NCBI GenBank assembly: GCA_023379935.1 | Contig: JAMCPD010000017.1 | Location: forward strand, 2,824 to 66,823 | DNA: 64,000 bases | Direction: 5' to 3' | From: Actinomycetota bacterium | Lineage (GTDB): Bacteria > Actinomycetota > Acidimicrobiia > Acidimicrobiales > JAMCPD01 | Part shown: positions 47,021-56,911 of the stretch, in pieces | Layout: every line of letters starts with the position of its first letter | Numbering within the stretch: position 1 is the stretch's first letter | Program-made: the position numbers and the translations under genes | The notes under the pieces: generated by a model | Told to the model about the DNA's origin: nothing | Seen by the model: only the letters and a program-made list of their open reading frames with translations | Databases searched by the model: none

Positions 47021-47359
47021 ATGAGTTTTTTAATAGATCCTCCGATGCTGGTTGGTGCAGGTGCTTTAGCTGAAACCAAGATTAGCGATGAAAAGAGTAT
47101 TACTCGTGTTGAGAAGGTAACCTTAGCGGTCTTTCTTGCAGTCTCTGTCTCACTTTATTTAAATTTAAAGTGGACTAAATGGATGTGGGAAATAGTTGGC
47201 GCTGATTCAGGACGTGATTTCATGTTGAATTCAAGACTGTTTCACTTTGAGCATCGTTCACCAAGTTTGTCTACACATGCAACCGCCCTTGGCTTGTTTG
47301 CGAGTTACCCTTTGTGGTTTAAGCTTGGGCGCCTATTGGGCAGAAACATGCTTGAGTAA
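47021..47359 (+). CDS. Small hypothetical membrane protein
   Basis: 112 aa with 2-3 hydrophobic segments and no recognisable motif. Its 3' end overlaps the convergent MFS gene by 27 nt. Confidence 0.45.
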   Translation: MSFLIDPPMLVGAGALAETKISDEKSITRVEKVTLAVFLAVSVSLYLNLKWTKWMWEIVGADSGRDFMLNSRLFHFEHRSPSLSTHATALGLFASYPLWFKLGRLLGRNMLE

Positions 47360-48553
47360 CAGACGACCAATCATGATGCTGGCACTGGCGATAAGGGCAA
47401 ATCCCGCCGCCACCAACCAAGCTGTTTGATAAGAGGTATCTGTTGTTACCAAACCAAATATCAATGGGCCTGCTGCTGATCCTATCAGTACTCCAGTTTG
47501 AGTTATTCCGGTTGCAAGTCCCGGGATATCTTGATGCGAGGTGACAACCGCAAAGTTGAAAAGTCCGTTCCACCCCCATCCTGCTCCAAATGCCACCGCT
47601 ACCGCGGGTATTACAAGCCAGGAAATTCTGGTTGCGAGTAGTATATATCCCACACAGCTGCCGCCCAGCATCATTGCTACAACTGTCAAATGTTTACCTT
47701 TCCGTCTATCGGCTAATATGCCGTTGCCCATTCGTGATATAAGACATACCATGCTGCCAGTTGCGGATACTAATCCGGCTTGAGCAGTTGAAATGTGAAT
47801 TGCCACGCATGATCTTACGATAAAGGTACCAAGTGAAACCCCTGCACCCGCTCCAAAGGCTGCTCCGAGTGCCAATATCCACAAAGGGAGCTTGTTTAGT
47901 AAATGCTTTCCCCTTTGACCAGTTTTGCCCACTTGGTTGATATCTGTTGGATCCATCCTACTTGGGTGGCTAAAAGAGTATAGCTTTTTGGCCAATGCTG
48001 TTATGCCGGCAATAACCAGCGCAACCAGTCCCGCTACTCCAAAAGCCCATCTCCACCCGATGGTGAGTGCAATAGAAGGAACAGCCAATCCTGCTAACAA
48101 GGTAGTAACGGGTATTGCCGACTGTTTTATTGCGAACGCGGTTCCCTGGCGTTTTGATGGTATTGTGTTGGCAAGTAGGTGATTGGCGGCCGGTTGTATT
48201 GCACTGTTTGCTATACCGCACAAACCTAAGAAAACCGCAAGTTCCTGCCAAGAATGGACCAATACCGCAATAGCACATAGGCAAACAGCGCAAGTCGATA
48301 TACCGGCAATCATAATTATCAGTCCTCCTTTTTTATCGGCCAGGCGGCCGAAAAAGGCGGAAAAAACAGCTCCTGATAGGAAAAATATTGTAACAACTAT
48401 TCCAAGATTGGTATCAGTGAATGGGAAGGATTTGGATATAACAGGTGCCATTGCCCCAGTCAGAAATACTGAAAATACACCTACCGTTGTACCGGCAATT
48501 ACGGTGAAGAGAATTAAAAAATGTTTTTTTACAGTTGCTGGACGATTTTTCAT
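47333..48553 (-). CDS. MFS transporter
   Basis: 406 aa with 12 predicted helices. GRLADKKGG (MFS motif A-like) after TM2. Confidence 0.85.
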   Translation of the reverse strand: MKNRPATVKKHFLILFTVIAGTTVGVFSVFLTGAMAPVISKSFPFTDTNLGIVVTIFFLSGAVFSAFFGRLADKKGGLIIMIAGISTCAVCLCAIAVLVHSWQELAVFLGLCGIANSAIQPAANHLLANTIPSKRQGTAFAIKQSAIPVTTLLAGLAVPSIALTIGWRWAFGVAGLVALVIAGITALAKKLYSFSHPSRMDPTDINQVGKTGQRGKHLLNKLPLWILALGAAFGAGAGVSLGTFIVRSCVAIHISTAQAGLVSATGSMVCLISRMGNGILADRRKGKHLTVVAMMLGGSCVGYILLATRISWLVIPAVAVAFGAGWGWNGLFNFAVVTSHQDIPGLATGITQTGVLIGSAAGPLIFGLVTTDTSYQTAWLVAAGFALIASASIMIGRLLLKHVSAQ

Positions 48554-48636
48554 TATTTTTTTATTAATTAAACTTGCATCAACTGTTTGTAAGTTCTTTT
48601 CAAATTGACATTTTGGCCAACTGTCATTAGTCTACT

Positions 48637-50190
48637 TTGTTTATGATGCAAGCCGATAGAATACCAGTATTGATTAGTACTGGCCAAGTTACACAAAAAG
48701 AAGAAGAAATATTTACCGCACTGGATTTAGCTTCACAGGCGGCAAACATTGCGATTGATCCGATACCCGAAGTTCGCGAGATGATTCAACAAGTTTGGAT
48801 GGTCAATATCTTATCTCATCATGTAGGACCCGCTCCGGCCCGTAAGTTGGCTATGAGACTTGGAATAACCCCAAAAACTTGTTTGACGACAACTATAGGC
48901 GGCTCTACTCCCCAGTGGCTGGTTGGATTGGCGGCTGAACAAATAGCGAGAGGTGAAACAGATGTGGTTTTAATTGCCGGTGCAGAAGCCATGCATTCCA
49001 GTCGGCTCATCCGTCAAATGCATGCCAGGGGAGAGGAGGTGCCAAACTCTGCTGCCAGCTCAAGTAAAGATGGAGAATCTGATGTTCGCTTGGAGCCTGA
49101 TTCTGTAATAGGTGAAGATAAGTCCGGAGTCTCTGATGCGGAAGCGGCTATAGGGCTTATAGCACCTGTACACATCTATGCGATGTTCGAAAGTATCTTA
49201 GCGGCTAAAAGTGGCAGAACTTATCAACAACACAGGGATGAACTCGCTAAGTTGCTTGCACCTTTTAGTCGGGTGGCTGCCGGTAACCGCTTTGCGTGGT
49301 TCAATCAAGCTCGCAGCGCTGCAGAAATTGGAGTACCAAGCAGTGAAAATAGGGTGGTGTGTGAGCCTTATACCAAGTTGATGTCTGCATTTTTAGGGGT
49401 TGATCAAGGTGCGGCTCTGTTGGTTACCTCTTTGGCGGTTGCCAAAGAGTTGAAAAAACAAGACGAGATTGTTTTTATATGGGCAGCTTCTAACTGTAAT
49501 GATGTCTGGTTTCCTCTTGCCAGGCCGGACTTGTCGGTTTCTCCTGCTATTAAAGCTGCGGGGAAAGCAGTATTAGATGCGGCAGGGATTTCTCTGGGAG
49601 ATATATCTTTTATAGATTTGTACTCCTGTTTTCCCTCGGCAATTCAGATATCGGCTAATGCTCTGGGAATACCCCTTCACGATCCAAGAGGTCTTAGCGT
49701 TACAGGAGGGCTGCCTTACTTTGGCGGACCAGGGAACAACTATGTCACCCATTCCATAGCAACTATGGCTGAACGAATCAGAGAAAAAGGCGGTTTGGGG
49801 CTTGTGACGGGGTTGGGTTGGTATATAACCAAGCATTCAATAGGTATATATGGCGACAGGCCACCCCCGCGGGATTTTTCAATTGGGGATACAACTGCTG
49901 CCCAGGCGGAAATTAATGCCACGGCTCAACCGATTACCATGGGGTTTTTGGACACCGGCGCGAAGGATCCGGAAAATATTCCCGGCGCAGATGCCACTGT
50001 GATTGCTTCCACGGTATTGTATGACAATACTTCAACGGTAACCGGTGCTCCGGTATATGCGCGTCTTGACGACGGGAGTCATTTGGCAGCCACGGCCTTT
50101 GCCGATGATTTACCTGAGTTGGCCGGCCGGAATTTAGTTGGGGCCAGGATACATGTTGAAGGACAACCTCCCACATATAAGCTCTTGTAG
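48637..50190 (+). CDS. Thiolase-like protein (SCP2-thiolase/TLP-type with extra C-terminal domain)
   Basis: 517 aa. IDLYSCFPSAIQI and GGLPYFGGPGNNY resemble the C-terminal thiolase fingerprints. At the expected nucleophile position I read TTIGGSTPQW, with no Cys. Confidence 0.7.
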   Translation: MFMMQADRIPVLISTGQVTQKEEEIFTALDLASQAANIAIDPIPEVREMIQQVWMVNILSHHVGPAPARKLAMRLGITPKTCLTTTIGGSTPQWLVGLAAEQIARGETDVVLIAGAEAMHSSRLIRQMHARGEEVPNSAASSSKDGESDVRLEPDSVIGEDKSGVSDAEAAIGLIAPVHIYAMFESILAAKSGRTYQQHRDELAKLLAPFSRVAAGNRFAWFNQARSAAEIGVPSSENRVVCEPYTKLMSAFLGVDQGAALLVTSLAVAKELKKQDEIVFIWAASNCNDVWFPLARPDLSVSPAIKAAGKAVLDAAGISLGDISFIDLYSCFPSAIQISANALGIPLHDPRGLSVTGGLPYFGGPGNNYVTHSIATMAERIREKGGLGLVTGLGWYITKHSIGIYGDRPPPRDFSIGDTTAAQAEINATAQPITMGFLDTGAKDPENIPGADATVIASTVLYDNTSTVTGAPVYARLDDGSHLAATAFADDLPELAGRNLVGARIHVEGQPPTYKLL

Positions 50191-50233
50191 GTAAGTTTGT
50201 GAACAGATAAGATATATAAGGAGAAGATAAGAG

Positions 50234-51001
50234 ATGAGTATACAAAGACAACGCCATGATAAGGTAGAGGTTATAACCATTGACAGACCCGAAGCTCGTA
50301 ATTCTATAGATGGTGCTGCGAGCCAGGCATTGTCCGAGGCTTTTGATGAATTAGAGTCAGACGATAATGTATGGGTTGTTATCCTTACTGGAGCGGGTGA
50401 TAAAGCTTTTTCCGCCGGTATGGATCTTAAAGCATTTGCCGCAGGTGAAGGTGGAGCTATAGCCGGAGCCAAAGGTGGATTTGCTGGTTTTGTGCAACGC
50501 GATTTCCCCAAGCCGATAATAGCAGCGGTAAACGGATATGCACTTGGAGGAGGGTTGGAAATTATGCTTGGATGTGACCTCGTTGTAGCCGCCCAACATG
50601 CGACATTCGGACTTCCTGAAGTAAAGCGCGGTCTTATTGCGGGAGCAGGCGGGCTTATAAGGCTTCCAAAGCGGGTTCCTTTTGCATTGGCACTTGAGAT
50701 GGCTATGACAGGAGAGTCCATAGATGCAAAAAGGGCTTTGGAACTTGGGCTGATAAATAAGGTGGTTCCGATAGAAGATCTGTTGAATGAGGCGTTGAAT
50801 TTGGCCAATCTGATATGCGCCAACGGTCCTCTGGCGGTACGGGCATCTAAAAGAGTTATGCGTCAAGCAGTTGACTTACCCGAGGGGGAGGGATGGCTTA
50901 TCAATGCAACTGCGGTCGGGGAGGTATTCTCATCTCAAGACGCACAAGAAGGTCCAATCGCTTTTGCCCAAAAACGGTTGCCTGTGTGGAAAGGTAAATA
51001 A
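50234..51001 (+). CDS. Enoyl-CoA hydratase/isomerase (crotonase) family protein
   Basis: 255 aa. VILTGAGDKAFSAGMDLK, AAVNGYALGGGLEIML, GLPEVKRGLIAGAGG. Confidence 0.9.
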   Translation: MSIQRQRHDKVEVITIDRPEARNSIDGAASQALSEAFDELESDDNVWVVILTGAGDKAFSAGMDLKAFAAGEGGAIAGAKGGFAGFVQRDFPKPIIAAVNGYALGGGLEIMLGCDLVVAAQHATFGLPEVKRGLIAGAGGLIRLPKRVPFALALEMAMTGESIDAKRALELGLINKVVPIEDLLNEALNLANLICANGPLAVRASKRVMRQAVDLPEGEGWLINATAVGEVFSSQDAQEGPIAFAQKRLPVWKGK

Positions 51002-51132
51002 TTTAAAGAGATTTGGCTATACAAAGAGCTAATTTTGGGTTAAGCTATTAACTGTTCAAGGACTACTGTGAAGTTGTCACTATGCAGTTGCCATGTAGTA
51101 TAAGATAAGTGACCAAAGTAAAGGAGATACTG

Positions 51133-51366
51133 GTGAGCTATCTATTAGCAGATATAGTTGGTCCGGATGTGCTCATAGTACTTGGAGTATTAATTTTGTT
51201 GTTTGGAGGCAGTCAGTTGCCTAAATTGGCTAGATCTTTAGGCTCAGCTTCGCATGAGTTTAAAAAAGGTATAGAAGAAGGCAGTAACCAAAAGCCTGCT
51301 TCCGATGCCGAAGCATCTGCCAATGGTGACCAGTCGAAAGACGGTTCCAGTAAGGCTGAATCCTAG
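51133..51366 (+). CDS. tatA: Twin-arginine translocase subunit TatA/E
   Basis: GTG at 51133, 7 nt after AAGGAG (51121-51126). LGVLILLFGGSQLPKLARSLGSASHEFKKG. The ORF-track start at 51109 lacks an SD. Confidence 0.85.
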   Translation: MSYLLADIVGPDVLIVLGVLILLFGGSQLPKLARSLGSASHEFKKGIEEGSNQKPASDAEASANGDQSKDGSSKAES

Positions 51367-51475
51367 CAACAAGAGCCGGTACTTAAGAGCGTTAAATAAA
51401 TTTTTCTAAAAATCTTTGCTTATCAGGTCTCTAAGTTGTGCATTTTGTTAAATAATAAGCTACATTTATTTACTA

Positions 51476-52297
51476 ATGCGAAGATTAGAAAGTTTACTTG
51501 CCAATATCAATAGCCATCGCTGGCTAACTTCCATAGTAGGTATTGTAGGTGCCGGACTCACCTTAAGTGCATGCAATATACCGGCTTTTGGAGCATATCA
51601 TGGTTCAACCCTGCAAGGGCATGATACATTTAAGCTTTGGCAAGGTTTTATGATCATTGCTTTAATCGTAGGGGTTATTGTGTGGGGGCTCATATTGTGG
51701 TCATCCTTTCGTTATCGTATTAAACCTTCCAAGTCCAGACCAAATAATCCAGACAGCTCAGACAGCCGAGATAGTGAAAATTCGCTGCCTCGACAGTTTC
51801 AGTATCACCTTCCTTTGGAAATCTTATATACAGTGTTGCCTATACTGATTGTTGCCGTTATGTTTTACTTTACTGTCGTGACTGAAAACGAGGTTGATGC
51901 CGTGAGCGCTAATCCTGCCGTACGGATATATCTGACAGCTTTTCAGTGGGGCTGGCGGTTTAACTATACGGGTGAAGGTGTGAGCGTTGTCGGGAACTAC
52001 AACCACTACCCCCAAGCGGTTCTTCCGGTTGGTGAGACGGTTCAAATAACTTTGGTCTCCTCTGATGTTGTGCATGGTTTCTATGTTCCGGCTTTTAATT
52101 TTTCCCGTTATGCCCAACCGGGTGTTACAAATGTGTTTGATTTAAACATACGTAAACAAGGTATCTATAATGGACGATGTACGGAATTTTGTGGTTTGTA
52201 CCATACCGAAATGATTTTTTCCATAAAAGCGGTTTCTCCGACTGCTTATCACGCTTGGTTGTCTAAGCAGCAATCAAAAACAAGGACAAAATCATGA
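51476..52297 (+). CDS. ctaC: Cytochrome c oxidase subunit II
   Basis: 273 aa. Two TM helices. CuA site HGFYVPAF...CTEFCGLYHTEM. Confidence 0.95.
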   Translation: MRRLESLLANINSHRWLTSIVGIVGAGLTLSACNIPAFGAYHGSTLQGHDTFKLWQGFMIIALIVGVIVWGLILWSSFRYRIKPSKSRPNNPDSSDSRDSENSLPRQFQYHLPLEILYTVLPILIVAVMFYFTVVTENEVDAVSANPAVRIYLTAFQWGWRFNYTGEGVSVVGNYNHYPQAVLPVGETVQITLVSSDVVHGFYVPAFNFSRYAQPGVTNVFDLNIRKQGIYNGRCTEFCGLYHTEMIFSIKAVSPTAYHAWLSKQQSKTRTKS

Positions 52298-54033
52298 CGA
52301 CTTTAGAAGAGAAAGCGTTAACCTCTCAAGAAGTTTCTGCTGAATTGACGGATGTAAAATCACGACATTTCGAGCCATCCGGTCTGTTGAACTGGTTGAC
52401 CAGCACGGATCACAAGATGATTGGTAAGAGCTATTTGATAACCTCCTTTATGTTTATGCTCTTGGGCGGTGCTTTGGCACTTGTTATACGGTTGCAACTT
52501 GCTTCACCGAACAACTCTTTGGTGACGTTGCATCAATACAATGAACTGTTTACTATGCATGGCAGCATAATGATCTACCTGTTTGTAGGCCCGTTTGCTT
52601 TTGGCGGTTTGGCCAACTACATAGTTCCCTTACAGGTTGGCGCTCCAGATATGGCTTTCCCGCGCCTGAATTTGCTGTCATATTGGTTGTATTTAAGCGG
52701 TGGACTTATCATGGTGCTTGGTTTTTTTGTAACCGGTGGTGCCGCGGATTTTGGTTGGGTTGCTTATGCTCCGCTTTCCAACGCGGTGAACTCACCCGGG
52801 GCGGGTCCGGACATGTGGATAGTCGCCCTACTTCTTACCGGATTTTCAGCAATATTCACCGGTGTCAATATCATAGCGACGGTGTTCTATCTGAGGGCTC
52901 CCGGACTGACAATGTTTAGGCTGCCCATTTTTACTTGGAACATGGTAGTGGTGGCTATACTGATACTTATTGCTTTCCCCGTCCTTACCAGCGCTCTTGT
53001 GATGTTGTATGCGGATCGTCATTTCGGAACACATATTTTCGAGGTTCAAGGCGGCGGTGTTCCGGTTCTCTGGCAGAACCTGTTTTGGTTTTTTGGACAT
53101 CCCGAGGTTTATATCCTTGCTTTACCGTTTTTCGGTGTGGTTACTGAAATAATACCTGTTTTTTCACGCAAACCACTGTTTGGCTATAAAGGCATGCTGT
53201 TTGCCACCTTGGCTATCGCAGCTCTTTCGACTGGTGTATGGGCACATCATATGTTTACTACCGGGGTAGTCTTATTGCCGTTTTTCTCTTTGATGACCTA
53301 TTTGATATCTGTGCCTACCGGAGTGAAGTTCTTTAACTGGATTGCAACTATGTGGCGCGGTCATATCAGATTTGATACACCAATGTTATATGCTGTCGGC
53401 TTTTTGATAACTTTTTTGGGGGGTGGGCTTAGTGGTATGTTGCTTGCCGCCCCTCCGCTTGACTTTTTTGAGCACGACACCTATTTTGTGGTGGCTCATT
53501 TTCACAATGTTGTTATGGCGTTGTTTTTGGCGGCTGTAGGTGCGCTTGTTTATTGGTATCCCAAGATGACCGGGAGAATGATGAGAGAAGGCATAGGTAA
53601 GATAAGTTTTTGGTTTATGTTTATAGGTGCCAATGTTACGTTTATCCCCCAGTATATTTTGGGACTGCGTGGCATGCCGAGGCGTATCGTCACCTACCCT
53701 CCCGGGATTGGTTGGCACTTTTTAAATGAACTGTCCACGATCGGGTCTTTTATGATAGCAGTCGGAGCCTTGTTTTTAGTGATTAATTTTTGGGTATCGT
53801 GGCGCAAACCGATACCGGCCGGAAATGATCCTTGGGACGGACATACCTTGGAATGGTATACCACCTCGCCACCTCCTCATCATAACTTTGACCGGCTACC
53901 CATTGTCCGTTCCGAAAGACCTGTTTGGGATGTGAAGTATGGACTTGAAGGCGCAGCAATACCCGGCCATTCGAATTCCAACCCCCCTTCAAGTGTAAAA
54001 GATAAGGATCATGCGGATAATGCAGCAGGATAA
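52294..54033 (+). CDS. ctaD: Cytochrome c oxidase subunit I
   Basis: 579 aa. WFFGHPEVYIL, HHMF. ATGA overlap with ctaC. Confidence 0.97.
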   Translation: MTTLEEKALTSQEVSAELTDVKSRHFEPSGLLNWLTSTDHKMIGKSYLITSFMFMLLGGALALVIRLQLASPNNSLVTLHQYNELFTMHGSIMIYLFVGPFAFGGLANYIVPLQVGAPDMAFPRLNLLSYWLYLSGGLIMVLGFFVTGGAADFGWVAYAPLSNAVNSPGAGPDMWIVALLLTGFSAIFTGVNIIATVFYLRAPGLTMFRLPIFTWNMVVVAILILIAFPVLTSALVMLYADRHFGTHIFEVQGGGVPVLWQNLFWFFGHPEVYILALPFFGVVTEIIPVFSRKPLFGYKGMLFATLAIAALSTGVWAHHMFTTGVVLLPFFSLMTYLISVPTGVKFFNWIATMWRGHIRFDTPMLYAVGFLITFLGGGLSGMLLAAPPLDFFEHDTYFVVAHFHNVVMALFLAAVGALVYWYPKMTGRMMREGIGKISFWFMFIGANVTFIPQYILGLRGMPRRIVTYPPGIGWHFLNELSTIGSFMIAVGALFLVINFWVSWRKPIPAGNDPWDGHTLEWYTTSPPPHHNFDRLPIVRSERPVWDVKYGLEGAAIPGHSNSNPPSSVKDKDHADNAAG

Positions 54034-54034
54034 T

Positions 54035-54442
54035 ATGACAAAACCCGGTATGCGCATAGAAGCACTGTTCTTACTCTCTATAGCGCTTTTTGTTGCTGTG
54101 ATAACCGTCGTTTACTGGTTTGAAAGTTATGAGAACAGCGGAACGGTTATGTTGCTTGCTGCGAGTTTATTGGGATTGGTGCCGGGTACCTATTATTACT
54201 GGTGGTCCCGGCGCATGTTGGGACGGCCTGAAGATTTGGATCAACCCGAGCCTGCAAAGAAAGAGGTTGTCATAGGAGCTTTTCCCAATGGGAGCATATG
54301 GCCATTTGTTTTTGCCATGGGTTGCGCGTCTATAGCATTAGGGCTTGTATTTGGCCTTTGGCTGTTAGCACTTGGGGTTATAGTTGTTATTTCTGCGACC
54401 GCAGGTTTTACCGCTGAAAGCCGACGCGGAGGCAGTGTCTAA
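54035..54442 (+). CDS. ctaF: Cytochrome c oxidase subunit IV (actinobacterial CtaF)
   Basis: About 135 aa with 4 TM helices, immediately after ctaD. The ATG at 54035 follows the ctaD stop. The ORF-track start at 54011 would overlap ctaD. Confidence 0.75.
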   Translation: MTKPGMRIEALFLLSIALFVAVITVVYWFESYENSGTVMLLAASLLGLVPGTYYYWWSRRMLGRPEDLDQPEPAKKEVVIGAFPNGSIWPFVFAMGCASIALGLVFGLWLLALGVIVVISATAGFTAESRRGGSV

Positions 54443-54458
54443 CCTAACTCAGCCCGAT

Positions 54459-55925
54459 TCATGCTTGAGTTGATTCAGGCTCAATTGGTACTGGTTCTGC
54501 TACCTGTCCAGCCTTGGTATCCGGGTGTGGATCCGCCCTATAGGCATTATAACCACCTTGTGGTGAACGGACCATAACAACTGCCCTTTTGCGTTGTCCG
54601 GAATATGGGGTCTCTGTCAGCTCTTTACATATCTTATACGTCAAAAAGGCTATCGCTATAGGAACTATTACCACCGTTATTCTAAATGACCATAGAACCA
54701 AGTTCAAAGAGGTTTGAAAGAAGTTGGCCAATACATCGGTAGCAGAGGCACCAAACAGCACGACGTAGAAAGACAATGCTCCGGCCCCGATAGCGGTGCG
54801 CAGCGGTTTATCTCGAGGGCGATCCAGGAGGTGATGTTCGGCCTTATCCTTACCAAAGTGAGCTTCTAAAAACGGCCAGGCAAATAGCAAAGTAAAAGTG
54901 AGACCCGGCAATGCCACTGCGGGTATGAATACCTCTAAGGGCCAGGTATGTCCAAATCCCGTCCATTCCCAACTTGGCATGATCCTCATAGCACCATCCA
55001 GCCATCCCATATACCAATCCGGTTGCACTGCGTAGCTGATCTTATACGGTTGGTATGGGCCAAACTGCCATATTGGATTAATCTGTATGAAAGCACCAAG
55101 TGCCGCGATAAAGGCAAATGTCATCAAGAACAGCCCTGTAGTTTTGGCGACAAAGGTAGGCCACAGTGGGGAGCCGACCACATTTTGTTCTCTTCGCCCC
55201 TTACCGCTAAACTGGGTATGTTTGTGATATATAAGTAATCCCAGGTGCATTCCAAGAAGTCCCGCAATGATTATAGGGATTATGAATACATGTATAATAT
55301 ATAACCGCGGAATGATTAATTTCCCCGGGAAGTTTCCCCCAAAGATAAAAAAGCCCAAGTATGTTCCGATTACCGGTATAGACAAAATTATTGAAAACAT
55401 TATTCTAAGACCGGTGCCAGATATAAGATCATCGGGTAGTGAGTAGCCGGTGAAACCGTTGGAAATGGCCAGAATCAACAGTATTATTCCGACTATCCAG
55501 TTAAGTTCCCTCGGACGTCTGAAAGCACCGGTAAAGAATATTCTACAAAGGTGGATTACTATTGCAGCAGTGAATACGTCCGCTGCCCAGTGATGCATTT
55601 GGCGCATCAACAGTCCGCCCCGTACATTTAAGCTTAAATTAACTGTTGAAGCGTAAGCTTCCGAAACCCTGCGTCCCCTAAGGGGTAGGTATGATCCGTG
55701 ATATATGATCTGCTGACTTGAAGGTACGTAGTATAGGGTGAGAAATACTCCTGTTATTACCAAAACTATAAAAGAGTACAAAGCTATTTCACCCAGCATG
55801 AACGACCAATGGTCCGGGAATATCTTGTCCATTATCTTGCGTCCTATTCGCGCCAAACCAAGACGTTGATCCATCCAGTCAACCGACCCGGCAAGTTTGC
55901 CGTTTGTATAGCCTGTGCTATTCAT
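54459..55925 (-). CDS. qcrB: Cytochrome bc1 complex cytochrome b subunit
   Basis: 488 aa. Heme-ligand His pairs in TM helices (RQMHHWAA..., YIIHVFIIP). Confidence 0.93.
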   Translation of the reverse strand: MNSTGYTNGKLAGSVDWMDQRLGLARIGRKIMDKIFPDHWSFMLGEIALYSFIVLVITGVFLTLYYVPSSQQIIYHGSYLPLRGRRVSEAYASTVNLSLNVRGGLLMRQMHHWAADVFTAAIVIHLCRIFFTGAFRRPRELNWIVGIILLILAISNGFTGYSLPDDLISGTGLRIMFSIILSIPVIGTYLGFFIFGGNFPGKLIIPRLYIIHVFIIPIIIAGLLGMHLGLLIYHKHTQFSGKGRREQNVVGSPLWPTFVAKTTGLFLMTFAFIAALGAFIQINPIWQFGPYQPYKISYAVQPDWYMGWLDGAMRIMPSWEWTGFGHTWPLEVFIPAVALPGLTFTLLFAWPFLEAHFGKDKAEHHLLDRPRDKPLRTAIGAGALSFYVVLFGASATDVLANFFQTSLNLVLWSFRITVVIVPIAIAFLTYKICKELTETPYSGQRKRAVVMVRSPQGGYNAYRADPHPDTKAGQVAEPVPIEPESTQA

Positions 55926-56911
55926 GCAGTAGTCCTTTCCCAGAATCCGGGTCCGACAGGTTCCAAAAAGTCACTTCTAGCCCGCAAATAGCCTTCTTCG
56001 TCAACCCCAAGCGGGAGCTGAGGAAGTGGGCGCGGAGCGGGTCCGAATACCGGCACAGCACCGTCCAAAACATCAAAGATGGATTGGTGGCAAGGGCACA
56101 GCAGTTGTTGTGACTGTTCCTCGTAAAGCCCTACCGGACACCCGGCATGAGTACATATTTTTGAAAACCCAAGATAGCCATGAGGTGACCACGTCTCTCT
56201 TCCTTTACGAGTCGTTATAGGAAGGGAAGCCGCACGAATTAGTATGGTTTGGGACATAGAAGATCCAGCATGCCCTTCAGGAAACACCGTTAATATCCCT
56301 CCAACTTCCAAGTCATCCACTTTGACAGGACGTCCGTGTACAGTAACTACCCTAGAACCAGGCCGCCACCAGGTTTGAAAAAGGGTTTTGCCGGGAAGAG
56401 GACCTAAGGAGCGAATCCAAGGGAAGGCAAACGTAATACCAAACATCGTAGCGGATGCCCCCATCAATACTCCGAGGAACTTACGTCGCTTAAACGCAGA
56501 TCCGCCTCTTTCCACCAAAGCTTCTTCAAACAACTGTTTCTGTTGAACAGTGCTTGAAATTTCATGCCGTTGTTCTACAAACGGGCCTTGAGGCATGAAG
56601 TATTTACCAATGACAATTACGCCAATCCCAAGCAAGGCTAATCCTGCGGCAAGGAAACCTCCCAGAAACTGATTTTGTCCACCTACCCAATAGGTTACGC
56701 CAACCCCGATAAAGCACAACAGTGCTCCGATAACCGATAGTTGTGCTACAACTTCAAGTGCACGCAGGCGGCGCCTCTCTTGTTCTGCAAGATCACTTCT
56801 GCCACACCCTTCACAGGTATGATTGGCAAGGTTATGAGAGTTATTGCCGGCGGAAAGATTGCCGGCCTTTGAAACAGCGTTGATGTTCTCACCGTTTTCT
56901 TTAGTGTCCAT
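55922..56911 (-). CDS. qcrA: Cytochrome bc1 complex Rieske iron-sulfur subunit
   Basis: 329 aa. CTHAGCPV ... CPCHQSIF Rieske boxes. Three N-terminal TM helices, as in actinobacterial QcrA. Confidence 0.93.
   Translation of the reverse strand: MDTKENGENINAVSKAGNLSAGNNSHNLANHTCEGCGRSDLAEQERRRLRALEVVAQLSVIGALLCFIGVGVTYWVGGQNQFLGGFLAAGLALLGIGVIVIGKYFMPQGPFVEQRHEISSTVQQKQLFEEALVERGGSAFKRRKFLGVLMGASATMFGITFAFPWIRSLGPLPGKTLFQTWWRPGSRVVTVHGRPVKVDDLEVGGILTVFPEGHAGSSMSQTILIRAASLPITTRKGRETWSPHGYLGFSKICTHAGCPVGLYEEQSQQLLCPCHQSIFDVLDGAVPVFGPAPRPLPQLPLGVDEEGYLRARSDFLEPVGPGFWERTTA

Noticed and set aside
48183-48608. 141-aa plus-strand ORF within the MFS transporter gene
   Set aside because: It is antisense to a 12-TM MFS frame and has no motifs.
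50134-50866. 229-aa and 169-aa minus-strand ORFs inside the enoyl-CoA hydratase gene
   Set aside because: They are shadow ORFs opposite a gene with complete crotonase motifs. Their composition (Ala/Pro/Ser runs) is typical of antisense frames.
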